From assembly GCA_010015585.1 (NCBI GenBank), contig ML975165.1: a DNA stretch of 64,000 nt. One strand, 5' to 3'. A model generated the notes under the pieces. It was not told the origin of the DNA. It was given only the letters and a program-made list of their open reading frames with translations, and did no database searches. Origin of the DNA: Eremomyces bilateralis CBS 781.70. Lineage: Eukaryota. Shown one piece after another: positions 13,299-24,336 of the stretch. The position numbers and the translations under genes were made by a program. Position 1 is the first letter of the stretch, and every line of letters begins with the position of its first letter.

Positions 13299-13850
13299 AC
13301 CGAGATCAAGAGGCGCCGACCGCTGTGTAGAACAAATATGGGGCTGTTCTCGAGCAGGGAGAACTGGCTTCAGTATCTATCTCAAATATTCCGGTATCGC
13401 AGAGGCCGTTGTTCGGAATGACCAGGATTTCGGAAGCAGTCTCATGGATCGGGCGCAGAATGATATCAATATGTATGGTAAGGCTTGTGAGAAGGCTTGG
13501 GATATATTTATTCTATCAGTTCTACCATATTCAAGGCATAGATGAACCTAATTAAACAATTGCGGTAATTCGAAAGTACTTTGAAATTCGTGGTATTCTT
13601 ACGGTAGTGGATGTCTCCAACTCGAAATGAGACGAGTAAACGGAGAGCATTGGAACAGGGTTCGGCACTTGCCGTCCAACCTCCAACGTCAAAATTCACC
13701 GCATGCGACAGCTGGGAAGGTTCCAGTATCACAATCCAATATCACAATCCAGCCACCTCAAGCTTCAGCCTTCACTGACACCGAATTACCTTGGTATACG
13801 CGCACCATTCCATACATTAATTCTACCGGATTCATAATCTCACCGCTATC

Positions 13851-14359
13851 ATGAAGCTCGTCCGGTAAGGCGCCCGTACAACTGCCCTGGGAACCACGCG
13901 CCCGCAGCTAACGCATCTCTTCTAGGTTTTTAATGAAATGCCAAAATGAGACGGTGACCATTGAGCTGAAGAATGGTATGTGCATTCAACAAAAAACCCG
14001 ACCAGATCCTTGATTGGCCTTGCTTTGAATCCGCCGCTCACCTTTCGTCGTTAGGCACCACCGTCAACGGCACCATCGCATCCGTGTCCCCCCAAATGAA
14101 CACCGCCTTACGCACCGTCAAAATGACCATGAAGGGCCGCGACCCCATGGCGCTCGACACCATCAACGTCCGCGGTTCCACGATCCGATATATCGTCCTC
14201 CCGGACAGCTTACCGCTCGACACCCTCCTCGTCGATGACACGCCGAAACCGAAGAACAAGGCGCGGAAGGAGCAGGGCGATCGCGGACGCGGGAGAGGAG
14301 CGCCTCGGGCAGGCGGCCGTGGAAGGGGACGAGGCCGGGGCCGTGGCAGAGGGTTTTAG
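13851..14359 (+). CDS. SMD1: Small nuclear ribonucleoprotein Sm D1
   Basis: Spliced [38 protein letters not shown]...[23 protein letters not shown]-terminal RG dipeptide repeats; two introns. Confidence 0.96.
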
Positions 14360-14712
14360 AGGCGGATGGGGGTTTCGGAAGCTTGACTTTGCCTGGACGG
14401 TGTCCGGGATTCTCATGATGTAATCACGAATTTGTTGGGTCGCTCGGACGGACGGACGGGCGTGTAGCCGCATTCTTCAGATGGTACGGCGTTCTTCATC
14501 GGTCACGGCTAAAAGAAGACTGAGAAGCAACGAGCGCAATGGCGCCAAGGCGGGTTTTGGATGGAACGAAGGGACATAGAGAGTGTACATGTCCAGTTTC
14601 GAAGCAAAAGTGGTTCGAAATACAAAATGACTACGCATTTGAGCTCGTCACGTCTTGGATTGTAAGTACCCTTGGAACGACTTTGTGATGTTGCGCTTCA
14701 AAGTGGATTCAT

Positions 14713-15931
14713 TCAATCTGCCTCGAGATTGGCGACTGGCGGTGTTCTATTTACTTGTATCCCACTTCTTAGTCTCCGGTTGCTGTCTTCGAACGGTATT
14801 TTCCATCCCCCTTCATATTCCGGTGTACTCAACCATAGCCGGAGCAGATGCCGCCTCGGAGCCGGCGGGGCCGCGTCTTTGTACGCAGTGCGAGCATGCA
14901 AGACTTGCGCATTCGACAGGAACTGGATATCTCCGACCTCGAGGATCATGTGGAGCGCGAGGCGCAGACACGTGGATTCGAGGACCTCCAGGGCGTTCTT
15001 CTGCTCGTCCGACAGCGGCGGCACCAGGCCCGCATCCGAGAACCGCTTCAGCGATGTCACATAGTACGGATCGAAGCTTCCAAAGACGCGACCGCCCTCC
15101 TTGGGTTCAATGTACAGCATTGTGCCTCGGATCCACTCCTTTTGTCCGTCGCTCGTCTCCCCTTTCTGATCAAAGTACCAAATCGGTTGCGTCAACAGCT
15201 CCGCGACACGCGGATTCTCCTCTTGCAATACATTGAAGAGATTATGGGTGCTCACGACGTCGCTCTCGCCTCCCTCTAGCGCGCGTGCTAAGCACAGCAG
15301 TCCGACCATGTCGCCAGCGTCAGTGTGGAAGAATTGCCGTGCATTGGTGCGGTAGATCCGGACTTTGTCCGTCCGTGTCGCATCCTCATTCAGATCTTTG
15401 ACATGGCCGAGGATGTGGCCTTTGCCGTTCTGTGATACTGCGTGTCCCAGATGTGAACCGAGAGCCATATACGCAACCGCCGATTTGGGAGTGCCCCATG
15501 TCTCGACGGGGATGCCTTTGAACAGGACGAAGCCGGGGCCATCTAGGAGGATTTGACGGATGTTGGCCAGAACTCCGGCTAGCGTGGGGAATGGGAAATA
15601 TTCCTGTAGCCAATCAGCCCCCCATTCTCGTAGGCAGGCGTGCAAGCCGAGATAGAACTGGGCGACTTACTTTAGTGATCTTCACCAGGGGCTTCCCACT
15701 CGTAATCCACTGGTCTGTCGCGTCTCCAAGCTCTTTGATTTCTTGAGAAGTAAAAGCATGAGTCCACCGGGTTGGATTTTGTTCGTACTCCTCTTTGGTC
15801 CATACCGTAGGCCCGGTAATCTTCTTGGGAAATGCAGCGTAGGGTCGTAGAAGGGAATATATGGGGGGAGATTGGCCAGAGGTGAGCTCCGTGTCCTCAG
15901 GAGGCGGGGAGGGATTGCTGCGAGATGCCAT
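14713..15931 (-). CDS. TauD/TfdA (clavaminate synthase-like) 2-oxoglutarate/Fe(II) dioxygenase
   Basis: Intron 15604-15670. Motifs GPGFVLFKGIP, QNGKGHILGHVKD, FFHTD (HxD), GDIQFLSNAQVLHARTAY and RHLLRLWL. Confidence 0.9.
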
Positions 15932-16246
15932 AATTCAACCTATGCCGTATTGCAAGTGACTTGATTGATGTACTCTAACAATGCACGCAATGCGTCCTGC
16001 AGGAATATATTTTCCTTTTGTTTGTCAATTGTCCATCCCTATCTCCACTCTGGAGGATGGCGTGCGATTTGTCATTTTGCGTGATGGCCGAGGAGCGGGG
16101 GTCCATGGGCTGTTCGTGGAGCTACTGAACCACTTCGTACCACTCGGCATCTTACACAGCATCTTACACGGCGCTACGGCACGAGTAATCATACCTTATC
16201 TATTAAAGTATCAAGTTTCGTGGTAAGGCTCCGAATTTGTTCTGGC

Positions 16247-17218
16247 CTATACGCTTCCCGATTCTTCCTCATCGCGTGAATGCACTTTTGGTCTATGGCC
16301 AGGATGACGATAGCTCCAGATATTCAATCCGTACTTCTCCCCAGCGGTGACAGGAAGACCAGCATGAAATGATTCTTCATACCCCGATCCGTCGCTCCGA
16401 AAATTCTGCCAAAATACCGCGTTGCCTTTGATCGGTTTGAAGGTGACTCCATCAACGACCTTCGAAGCAGCCACGGTCTTCTCCCCCTCACATTCAATGA
16501 ACTTGCACCACCTCCGCGCCTCCACACTGTTCGCGTCGTCCATCTTCGGGGGTTCTAGACGAGGGAAATTGGTTCCGCCGCCCTGGAGCTCCTCCTCGGA
16601 GCCGCCGTTCAAGTACACCATGAAGCTACTATCACGTCGGCCGGAATGGCGCCCACCCGCATGTCCCCAGTCGTAGTGGTGAACATAATGGCCACCGGTT
16701 CCGTACCGTTGCGCCCATAACCTCTCGATGAAGGTGTCTCGTGGCCAGCCCTGGAATTCCCGAGCCCGAGATTCGATACACTTGACGAGGTTGGTCCGTG
16801 GGATTTGAGCTTTGCTAGAATTCCGGACACTGGGATCGAACTTCTCCGTGCCACCAGTGAAGGTCGTCGAGGGGGTGAAATGAGGAGCACTGAGGACGTT
16901 ATGAATAGGTTCTTGGTATCATAGGAAAGATCGTTACCTTATGCGAATAATCTCGTCTGCTTCAAAGGGACTTAGGAAGTGTTCAATGTAGATGACAAGA
17001 GGATCTTTGGACAAGATGTGGGTATTGACTTGGTGGTCATCACATTGGAGACCGGATTCAGGATACGCCAACGACTCTAGTTTATCAGAAAAGATCGATA
17101 CCGCAGCATCCTGGCCACTATCTTCCAGGTATGACCTAACCAAGGGTAATATGATGAAGAAGAATATTGGAATGGAAAGGAGAGCATATTCGACGACGGT
17201 GCCGAGTCTTAAAGGCAT
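16247..17218 (-). CDS. Prolyl 4-hydroxylase-like 2OG-Fe(II) oxygenase with N-terminal membrane anchor
   Basis: Intron 16890-16937. N-terminal hydrophobic helix; DPLVIYIEHFLS..EAD; HHYDW (HxD); SFMVYLN; GGGTNFP; FHAGLPVTAGEKYGLNIW. Confidence 0.88.
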
Positions 17219-18385
17219 GGCGACGACCGCGCTGTACAGGCTGGGGCTCCGGGTCCTTTTATCTGTTCAGCATCAACGGACCAGCGTATCATTGAAAGTT
17301 CATGTCGAATAACGTGTCTCATTACATAAAGATATATCAACGCCCACTAATACAGTAGAGTGCGGATACATATAAAAATTAGAATTCGCACGATCATCCC
17401 GTCGACGCGTCTGAATCCGAGGGGCTCCCTAGTCCCTACACAGTGGCTGGGACGTGCTTTAGCTGCCTAAGCCACTTTCTTGCCATCTCCTCCATCCAGT
17501 CCATGTCATCCGTTCAAACTCCAAACCATAACTAGTATTCTCTACACATCTGCTTGTAAGGTTACTCTCACGCGTTGTACTGAGTTGATATCTCTAAGTA
17601 ATTCTTAAGCAGCCTGTCATGTTGTAGATTAAGACCTACCCAGAATACCGCTCATAACTCCTGATGATTCTCCTCTTTCTATTTTGATGCTATTCTCCTT
17701 GCTCTCGCCCAGCTCACTTTCTGAGCTATGGGTGCAGACTGCAATCTACATTCTCATCCCCCTTCTATCCGTTGTCCATCTCTTCGTTTTTGACCTCGGC
17801 AGCACAGTAGACCTCATCACCTCAATAAGTACTTATGATAATCATAGCAATTGTAAGTCATACCGTAGGGCTCACACCCCCTCCTATCGCATGTTGCCGA
17901 ACGAGCCCTCCCAGGACCATTTCTCCACAAAGGGGAAATCCTTCAATCGGAATGGTACCTGGACCTTCGAATTCGCGCCGCGATCAGCTCAATAATCGAG
18001 TTCATATCATCGTTTGCGGGGTGTTGAAGCTCTGTATCAAGGTCTCTATCATCAAATTTCTGCGCCCGAGGAGCGTCGTTACAGTTTACCCTACCATCCA
18101 AGGTTGACCTTGGACGAAGGTCACTTGACCACTTTTCTAATCTGGGGGTATCTGTTTTGACGGGTAGATTAATTGGGCCATATTATTATCGGAAGATGCG
18201 AATGGCATCTGGACCTTCACGTCGATAATTCGAGGAGAGCAGCCCGTGAGTAATGTTGTCGGCTCTTTATATCTTGGATGAAAGAGTGTTTTCTAGATTC
18301 TAGTCGTTCAGTCTTCGCAGCTCCTATCTGTTCCATAAATTTCGAGTCGTCTTTCAACTAGTCCAGACCTCGCGTTGTTGCAGTC

Positions 18386-19055
18386 ATGCATACATTCAAT
18401 CTAGTGCTCTTACTGGGCAGTGTGGCCGTTCTTGTTGCCGGTCAGGCAGAGTCATATACTGGTGAGCCTGCTTCGTCGACGCTAATACCCTCCTTACTGA
18501 AACCACAGTGACCTTCTCCAAGCCAACAACATTCGCTACCGCCAACTCGAATACCCTCTTTGCAAATGGCGTGAGCCCTGCGTTGCCGGTAATCGCAAAA
18601 AATCCCCTGGTATACCCAGGCCATGACTGACATGACGTGAACAGTTATCACAATTTACCTTCAGCGCTGCTCGAGGCGTCAATTTTGAATCGGGGCAGCC
18701 CGACACCAAACCCTACCTCACAACGCCGTTCTCCATCATCCGCCCAGTCGATGTCTATTCGAGCGAATTACTCCTCGCCATGACGACTTCTGCCACGTTC
18801 CCGACCGTGAATGTGCGCTCGTCTCAGAATGCGAATAGTAGGTCCTCCAACACTAGCAAACTTAACACAGCTGATGAGCGATCAGAGGGCTACACTTTCA
18901 CCGGAGTCCAAGTGGTCGGGTACCAACACCAGAAGCAAGATGGGATTGCGCTGGAGCAGATCCAATTGTCCTCCGAATCCCTTCAGGTAAACTACCCAAT
19001 GCTGACTGGTACCGGCGTAGACCAAGTCCGGTGGGATATCGGCGCGGCGGCATAA
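18386..19055 (+). CDS. Secreted protein (about 182 aa) resembling T6SS Hcp/phage tail-tube fold
   Basis: Exons 18386-18461, 18509-18570 and 18645-19055 with canonical gtgagc...cag introns that stay in frame; signal peptide MHTFNLVLLLGSVAVLVAG. The gene model is well supported; the Hcp resemblance is from visual motif comparison only. Confidence 0.65.
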
Positions 19056-19364
19056 GCTGCGAAAGAATAGCAGCAGATCTTCATGTCAGACAATGGCAGG
19101 TCCACTGTTATAGAAGATTGGTTCCGCAAACGATTTTGTATATCACAGAAATTGATCCATATCGTCAAACGGTCTATTGTTCGGTGAAGTATGTACATGA
19201 ACAGAAACCCAGGGTATCCCACGACAAATCCACAAGATGCTATCCCAATCCTAGCAAATCTGCCTAGGAGCTGATAATGCAAGTCTTGCTGTCGTGACCA
19301 AACGAAACACCCTTTCACGACCACCGAGGGAGCCTCGACGCCGAGCCTCGACGCCTTTCGAAAA

Positions 19365-19918
19365 TCAAGTCGAAGTCCCGTTGACTGGGTAGACCTTGAT
19401 CTTCCCCCACACCATGTTGTTGGTGTGGAACGTATGGGGGCAGCCCATGTCGGCATAGAACTCATCCGGTTTGTACACGGCCCAGGTCGCCTCGGGAACG
19501 TCCATCATGAACTCAGAATTCACCCAGTGCAGGACATTGTCCGCATCGACGCTGAATCCGGTGGTGATATAGTCATCGCTTGGCTTGATGCCCTTGAGCT
19601 GCGTCATGTCCGAGACCTTGCGGGTGCCGATCACGGTGGCGCCGCCATCGCAGCTCATCTGGGTGGTGGCGAGTATGGAGCAGGTCGCGGCGCTGGCCCG
19701 GGAGTTGGTGGTCAGGCCGGCCTGCGTTAGATATACTTCTGGGTTCCCCTCGATGGTGAGGCCGACCTGGAAGGCTTCGGGAGTGGCTACCGGTACGGCG
19801 CAAGCGGAAGCGGCGAGAGCGCTGAAAGTGTCATGTCAGCGTCGGTTCTGGATTCCTTGGACTCGGTGGCATCTTTGACGTACCTAAGGCTCATAGCGAA
19901 AGTGACAAGAGCGAGCAT
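19365..19918 (-). CDS. Small secreted beta-rich protein of unknown function (about 163 aa)
   Basis: Intron 19822-19883 (gtacgt...gctgac...cag). Signal peptide MLALVTFAMSLSALAASACA; mature part includes ITTGFSVDADNVLHWVNSEF and three Cys; high GC3. Confidence 0.8.
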
Positions 19919-21096
19919 CTTGAAGATTAGTTTCAAAGATTTGACCAAGGACGACTGTTCGGAGTGTTGAAAGAGCGAATTCGATCACGCGAATGGGCTG
20001 CTGGCAGAGAGTAGGCTTGGTGGAACATTCTCTAGACCCGAACGGAGAATTTCCCACTTACTTATATACATAGGGCGAGAGATCGAGCGATTATCTTTGA
20101 GTGTCAAGAACCTTGCCAGCTTATCCAATCGTATATTAAGCCGATCTACATGAACATGAGGGACGAGGAGCGCGTGGCAGGATAATGTTTGTAGACAACT
20201 CGTACAGGTCGAATACGCATTATTTAAGATCCTTGAGAATTGAAGACGACGGGGCATCTCCAGAATCGAGACCAAGACCGAAGAGCGAGAATGAGGAAGC
20301 TTCGTGTAAGAGAGGTCAATCAAGGTTTACATTAAGCTTAATTTGGGAGGAGATGTCGAACCAATCGAAGGGCCGATCAACAACAGGGTTCTCCATGTGC
20401 CATATTCAAGATTCCGAGGCACTCACTTTATTGGAAGTGGAATGAAAGCAGCGGTTCCAGATAGAGATTAGTTGCTGTTAGGAATTTGATGAGACAAAAA
20501 TGGTATTTGTCACTTGTCATATGTAGTGGCAGAACGGCCTGTTCTCGAAGAGACGGAACGTCCGGATTCCAAGCTTGGATAAATTCGCGAATCAACAGAG
20601 GCAGTAAACGGATGCTTGGTCGCATCGAATTCATACCTGTGTATAAAGACAGAGGTGAGATGGTGTTTTGTGTAACCGACAACTGCCGAATAACCCCGGC
20701 TCCGTAGCTGGAGATGAATCGAGAATGTAATTAAGTGGAGGGGAAGGGAGTATCAAAATGCCCCCAGTAAATAGGTAAATCCAGTCGTGTTCTCATCCAT
20801 CCTCAGCTGCATCTTTATCTCGCTCAAAGTCTCCCTGAAGTCATCAACCCGTCCGGACATTATGCATCCAATGTGGAAGGACGGATGGATGATGACCATG
20901 ATAACCTCTGCAACGGAATAGGAAGGAGCAGACAGCATCAGTAATCAATGAGCAATCTCATAAGAGCATCCTCAGAAGAGGATCAATATAGCATTCAGCC
21001 ATCAACTATACCAATACTATGTATAACTACTCTTGTTGCATCGCATCTAGCGCTCCGCGCACTGATAGAACAGATCACTTAGCCCCTACCTCCACC

Positions 21097-21702
21097 TCAA
21101 ACGATCTGCTTCGTCGCCCCATTGGTAGTCTCTTCTTCAACATCAGCCTCATCGGCGGCGTCAGTTGCAGGGTCACTCTTGATCTCCGAGAACCCATTCG
21201 CCTTTGTCTCCTTATTGACATCGGCGAACCCATTAGCGTTGGGATCCTGCTTCACCCGCTTCTTCGGCCCTGCAGAAGCGTTCTCATCCTTAGCCTTTCG
21301 GCCGCGCTTCTTGGGCGTAGGCCTCGCACCGTCGTCAGTGGCACTGCCATTCGCGGTCGCCTTCGGCTTGGAAGGTGTTCCTTGAGCTGAGCCACCGTTG
21401 ACGCCACTCATCCCCCGTTTGACGACGGCGGTGATATGCTGCTCTAGAGCGCGCATGGTCAGGGGGTTCTCGTTGGCTGCCAGTAGAAGTCAGTATGCTT
21501 CTTGAATGGTATCTTGACAACGTCCTGAGGGTGCATACGCCAAATCTCAAGGATCTTCTCCTTCGCATCCCTGGTGAGCGGCTGGACTTTGACGATGCAT
21601 GCGAAGAGCTATTTCATCGAGTTAGTGGGAATCTCCAAATGTGGGACGATTTCCCTGTTCACTTACCAGAGCGTCATTCTGGGCGTCCCACTGGATAGGC
21701 AT
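21097..21702 (-). CDS. Small basic hypothetical protein with AT-hook/NLS-like motif (TPKKRGRK)
   Basis: Spliced MPIQWDAQNDAL|LFACIVKVQPLTRDAKEKILEIW|PNENPLTMRALEQHITAVVKRG...; two canonical introns. Confidence 0.7.
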
Positions 21703-22436
21703 CTTAAGAGTTCGATTGCCAAGTGATATGGTCTTCGACTGATGTGTTTTGAATTCAGAGTGGGTGCGGTAGAGTTGGTTCAGTGCGGCAAGGTGAAGTC
21801 GGGTTAGTAAGGTGAAGTAGTATTCGCTCAAGGGGATGAGAATCGGATGTGAAGAGAGAGGAGTGAGAGTGATAGTCAGTGAGAGTGGAAGTCGGAGTAA
21901 GAGTGGTGAGAGTAGAAGTCGAAGTAAGAGTGAAAGCCAGCGTGAGCAGTTCATATGGAAAAAAACCCAAGTACGCACTGAAATAAGTGAACTATTCAGA
22001 GTCGTAGGCAACGACATGAAAACACTGAATATGAGCTATCACATTGGTAGGGTCAGCGCAGAGAGCAGTAGCCTCGCACTGAATATTATATTCTACATGC
22101 AGATACTTCGCGCAGGAAAATCCATCTATACTAGAAGTATTTCATTCGGAGGTCGTTCTTTACTAACTGAGCGGCCCCAATCGACTAAAGGATATGATCT
22201 CGATGTGATCTTCTCTGCCAGCTTCACGAAGCTATACTGATGCTCTTCAGGGGGTGCGTCAGGACAACCCCACTATGGTAAGCTTCTTTGACTCTCTATA
22301 CCGGATGTACAGATGGTGTTGTGCAAGAAACTATCATAACGTAGATGTTCTGTCGACTGTTATAGAGTTAGTATCGAGTATCTATCTTTAACAAAGCTTC
22401 ATGGAATAGGAGAATGGACGTTATTTTATCTCGCAC

Positions 22437-22490
22437 TAGTTAAGTTACTGTAAGTTAAGTTAAGTTAAGTTAACTAACTTAAGTTAACTA
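22437..22490. repeat. TA-(N2-3) tandem array (TAAGT-rich) abutting the transposon TIR
   Basis: tagt taagt tactg taagt taagt taagt taagt taac taact taagt taac ta; one more taagt ta follows the right end at 24337. Confidence 0.85.
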
Positions 22491-24336
22491 ACGTAATCCA
22501 CCAGCGAGTCGCCCAAACCACCGAGTCGCCCACCTCAACCGTGGCCCACTACCGTAACCTGAATATCTCAACAACTACTGAAGCAATTTATTAATTAGGA
22601 AGTAGGCTAGGATCTACGTTTTCTGGTATAGCTAATTGAGGCATTGTACAGGTCTCAACGCGATGTCCTGGCTCGCGACAGCGTCCGCAACGTCGCTGGC
22701 GCCTTGCGGGAACGTCATTAGAAGTACCATTTTCACTGATTATATCTTGATCCCGACGTTGTACAGCTAATTCAAGCCCATCAGTAATTGAGCGCGTATT
22801 AGCGCCCTTAAGCACCTTTTTTTTGCGTTGTTTGCGCTTTGATAGCGTCTCGTTTGCCTTCCGAAGCTTTCCTATCTCGACCTCCATGATTGAAGCTCCG
22901 TGCGCGACCATTTGAACACCCTTTTCAAGGCTTGAAAAGCTTTCTAAAAGCGGTGTTGGGGAGGTATTTTGATCTCTTTGAAGGCGCTGTCGTATGTACT
23001 CTGTTTGGGACCTTATTTCAGCGACGTTGCGTGGTGTTTGCGACTCCCATTGAGTGATCTCTGGTAATGGCGTCGGGGTCTGTAATCGGACATCAAGCTT
23101 TGAAATAACAGCTTCTGGATCGAAAGGCACTAATCCTGCGCCTTTGAAGGCGCCCTGGATATTCTCCGTAGCAATTGCTTTTTCGAAGGCGGTCTTGAAA
23201 GCAGGTAAAAAGTCCTCTTTCGTGATGTGGTTGATGCGGCACCGGATAAAGTCCTCAATCTCCTTGCTATACGCGCGCTTTAATGGCCCAAAACAGCCAA
23301 CGTCGAGGGGTTGTAGCAAATGAGATGAATGCGAAGGCATGCAGAGAGTAATAATCTTCTGGTCCTTGCAGAAATCCTGGAATTGGATAGTGTCATGGCT
23401 GTTATGGCCATCCATAATCAGAAGCCGATAGGCGCCAGTCGTACGGTCTTCTGTGAAGCGATTAAAATGCTTTAACCACTCAAATCCATGCTCAAGGGAC
23501 GTCCAGCCCTTCTCGCTAACTGATAGAACCCAATCAGGCCTATCCGCAATCGCCTCGTACCAGGTATTGTAATGTCGAGCGCTTTTGAAGATGATGAAGG
23601 GTGGGACAATCCAACCTTGCGCGCTGGCAGCAATGATCGATGTCACCCATTCTGTATTGCCTGGCTGCAAGGTTTTTGGAGTCTGACGTCGTTCGGTACC
23701 CGTGATGACCATGCGCGTCCCGATTACGCCCATTTGAAAGCCAACTTCATCAAAGTTGTATGTATCTTCATCCAGGATACCGTATTTTGCCTTCACGTTG
23801 CGTACGAGGCGAAACCACGCGCCAATAATCTCTGGATCTTCGTTCAGGGCTCTTTTATAGTCGTACTTTCGATTAACACGTGTTTTGAGCTCTGGAACGC
23901 GTTGTACGAATCTTGACGGCCAATTGATACCAACGTGAGCCTGACCGCGATCGCTGAGTAGCTTGTTGGCTATATCTCGCAACATATCGTAATTGAGCTG
24001 AAATCCGCGCGCGTCGACATCGAGGCAGTAGTCGATAATCACCCTTTCTTCCATATTTGAGAGCTTTTTCGAATTCGGGACACAATCGCTTCGTGCAGTC
24101 ATTCCGTTGCGGCGGTCACGTAAGGTACTCCACGGGACGTTGTAAGCTTTTGCAGCTTCTCGAATTGATTGAACTTGGTCTTGTTCGATAGTCTGGATGG
24201 CTAGGTTCATTCTAGCTTCATTTGAAGGTAATTGAGGGCTCTGTTGTTGAGACATTGCGAAAAAATCGTGATGATCGCTGTTACGGAGATGAAGTGGGCG
24301 ACTCGGTGGTTTGGGCGACTCGCTGGTGGATTACGT
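22491..24336 (-). mobile_element. Full-length Fot1/pogo-family (Tc1/mariner superfamily) DNA transposon, 1846 bp
   Basis: 43-bp perfect TIRs (acgtaatccaccagcgagtcgcccaaaccaccgagtcgcccac, extending to 47 bp with one mismatch), each with two internal cgagtcgccca repeats; TA target-site duplication at 22489-22490 and 24337-24338. Confidence 0.97.
22591..24255 (-). CDS. Fot1/pogo transposase (HTH-psq, CENP-B HTH, DDE_1 domain, C-terminal CCHC)
   Basis: 554-aa uninterrupted ORF: SIREAAKAYNVPWSTLRDR, YNFDEVGF, LLIMDGHNSH, HLLQPLDVGCFGPLK, CGRCREPGHRVETC. Confidence 0.96.
   Translation of the reverse strand: MSQQQSPQLPSNEARMNLAIQTIEQDQVQSIREAAKAYNVPWSTLRDRRNGMTARSDCVPNSKKLSNMEERVIIDYCLDVDARGFQLNYDMLRDIANKLLSDRGQAHVGINWPSRFVQRVPELKTRVNRKYDYKRALNEDPEIIGAWFRLVRNVKAKYGILDEDTYNFDEVGFQMGVIGTRMVITGTERRQTPKTLQPGNTEWVTSIIAASAQGWIVPPFIIFKSARHYNTWYEAIADRPDWVLSVSEKGWTSLEHGFEWLKHFNRFTEDRTTGAYRLLIMDGHNSHDTIQFQDFCKDQKIITLCMPSHSSHLLQPLDVGCFGPLKRAYSKEIEDFIRCRINHITKEDFLPAFKTAFEKAIATENIQGAFKGAGLVPFDPEAVISKLDVRLQTPTPLPEITQWESQTPRNVAEIRSQTEYIRQRLQRDQNTSPTPLLESFSSLEKGVQMVAHGASIMEVEIGKLRKANETLSKRKQRKKKVLKGANTRSITDGLELAVQRRDQDIISENGTSNDVPARRQRRCGRCREPGHRVETCTMPQLAIPENVDPSLLPN

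Noticed and set aside
21845..21935. GAGT/AAGT-rich degenerate repeat and overlapping 71-134 aa ORFs
   Set aside because: Pyrimidine-rich 5' leader or promoter of the 21702 gene; low-complexity translations.
22437..22545. CRISPR-like or telomeric reading of the repeats
   Set aside because: Eukaryotic context with no spacers; units are TAAGT rather than TTAGGG, and the longer repeats are internal to the TIR.
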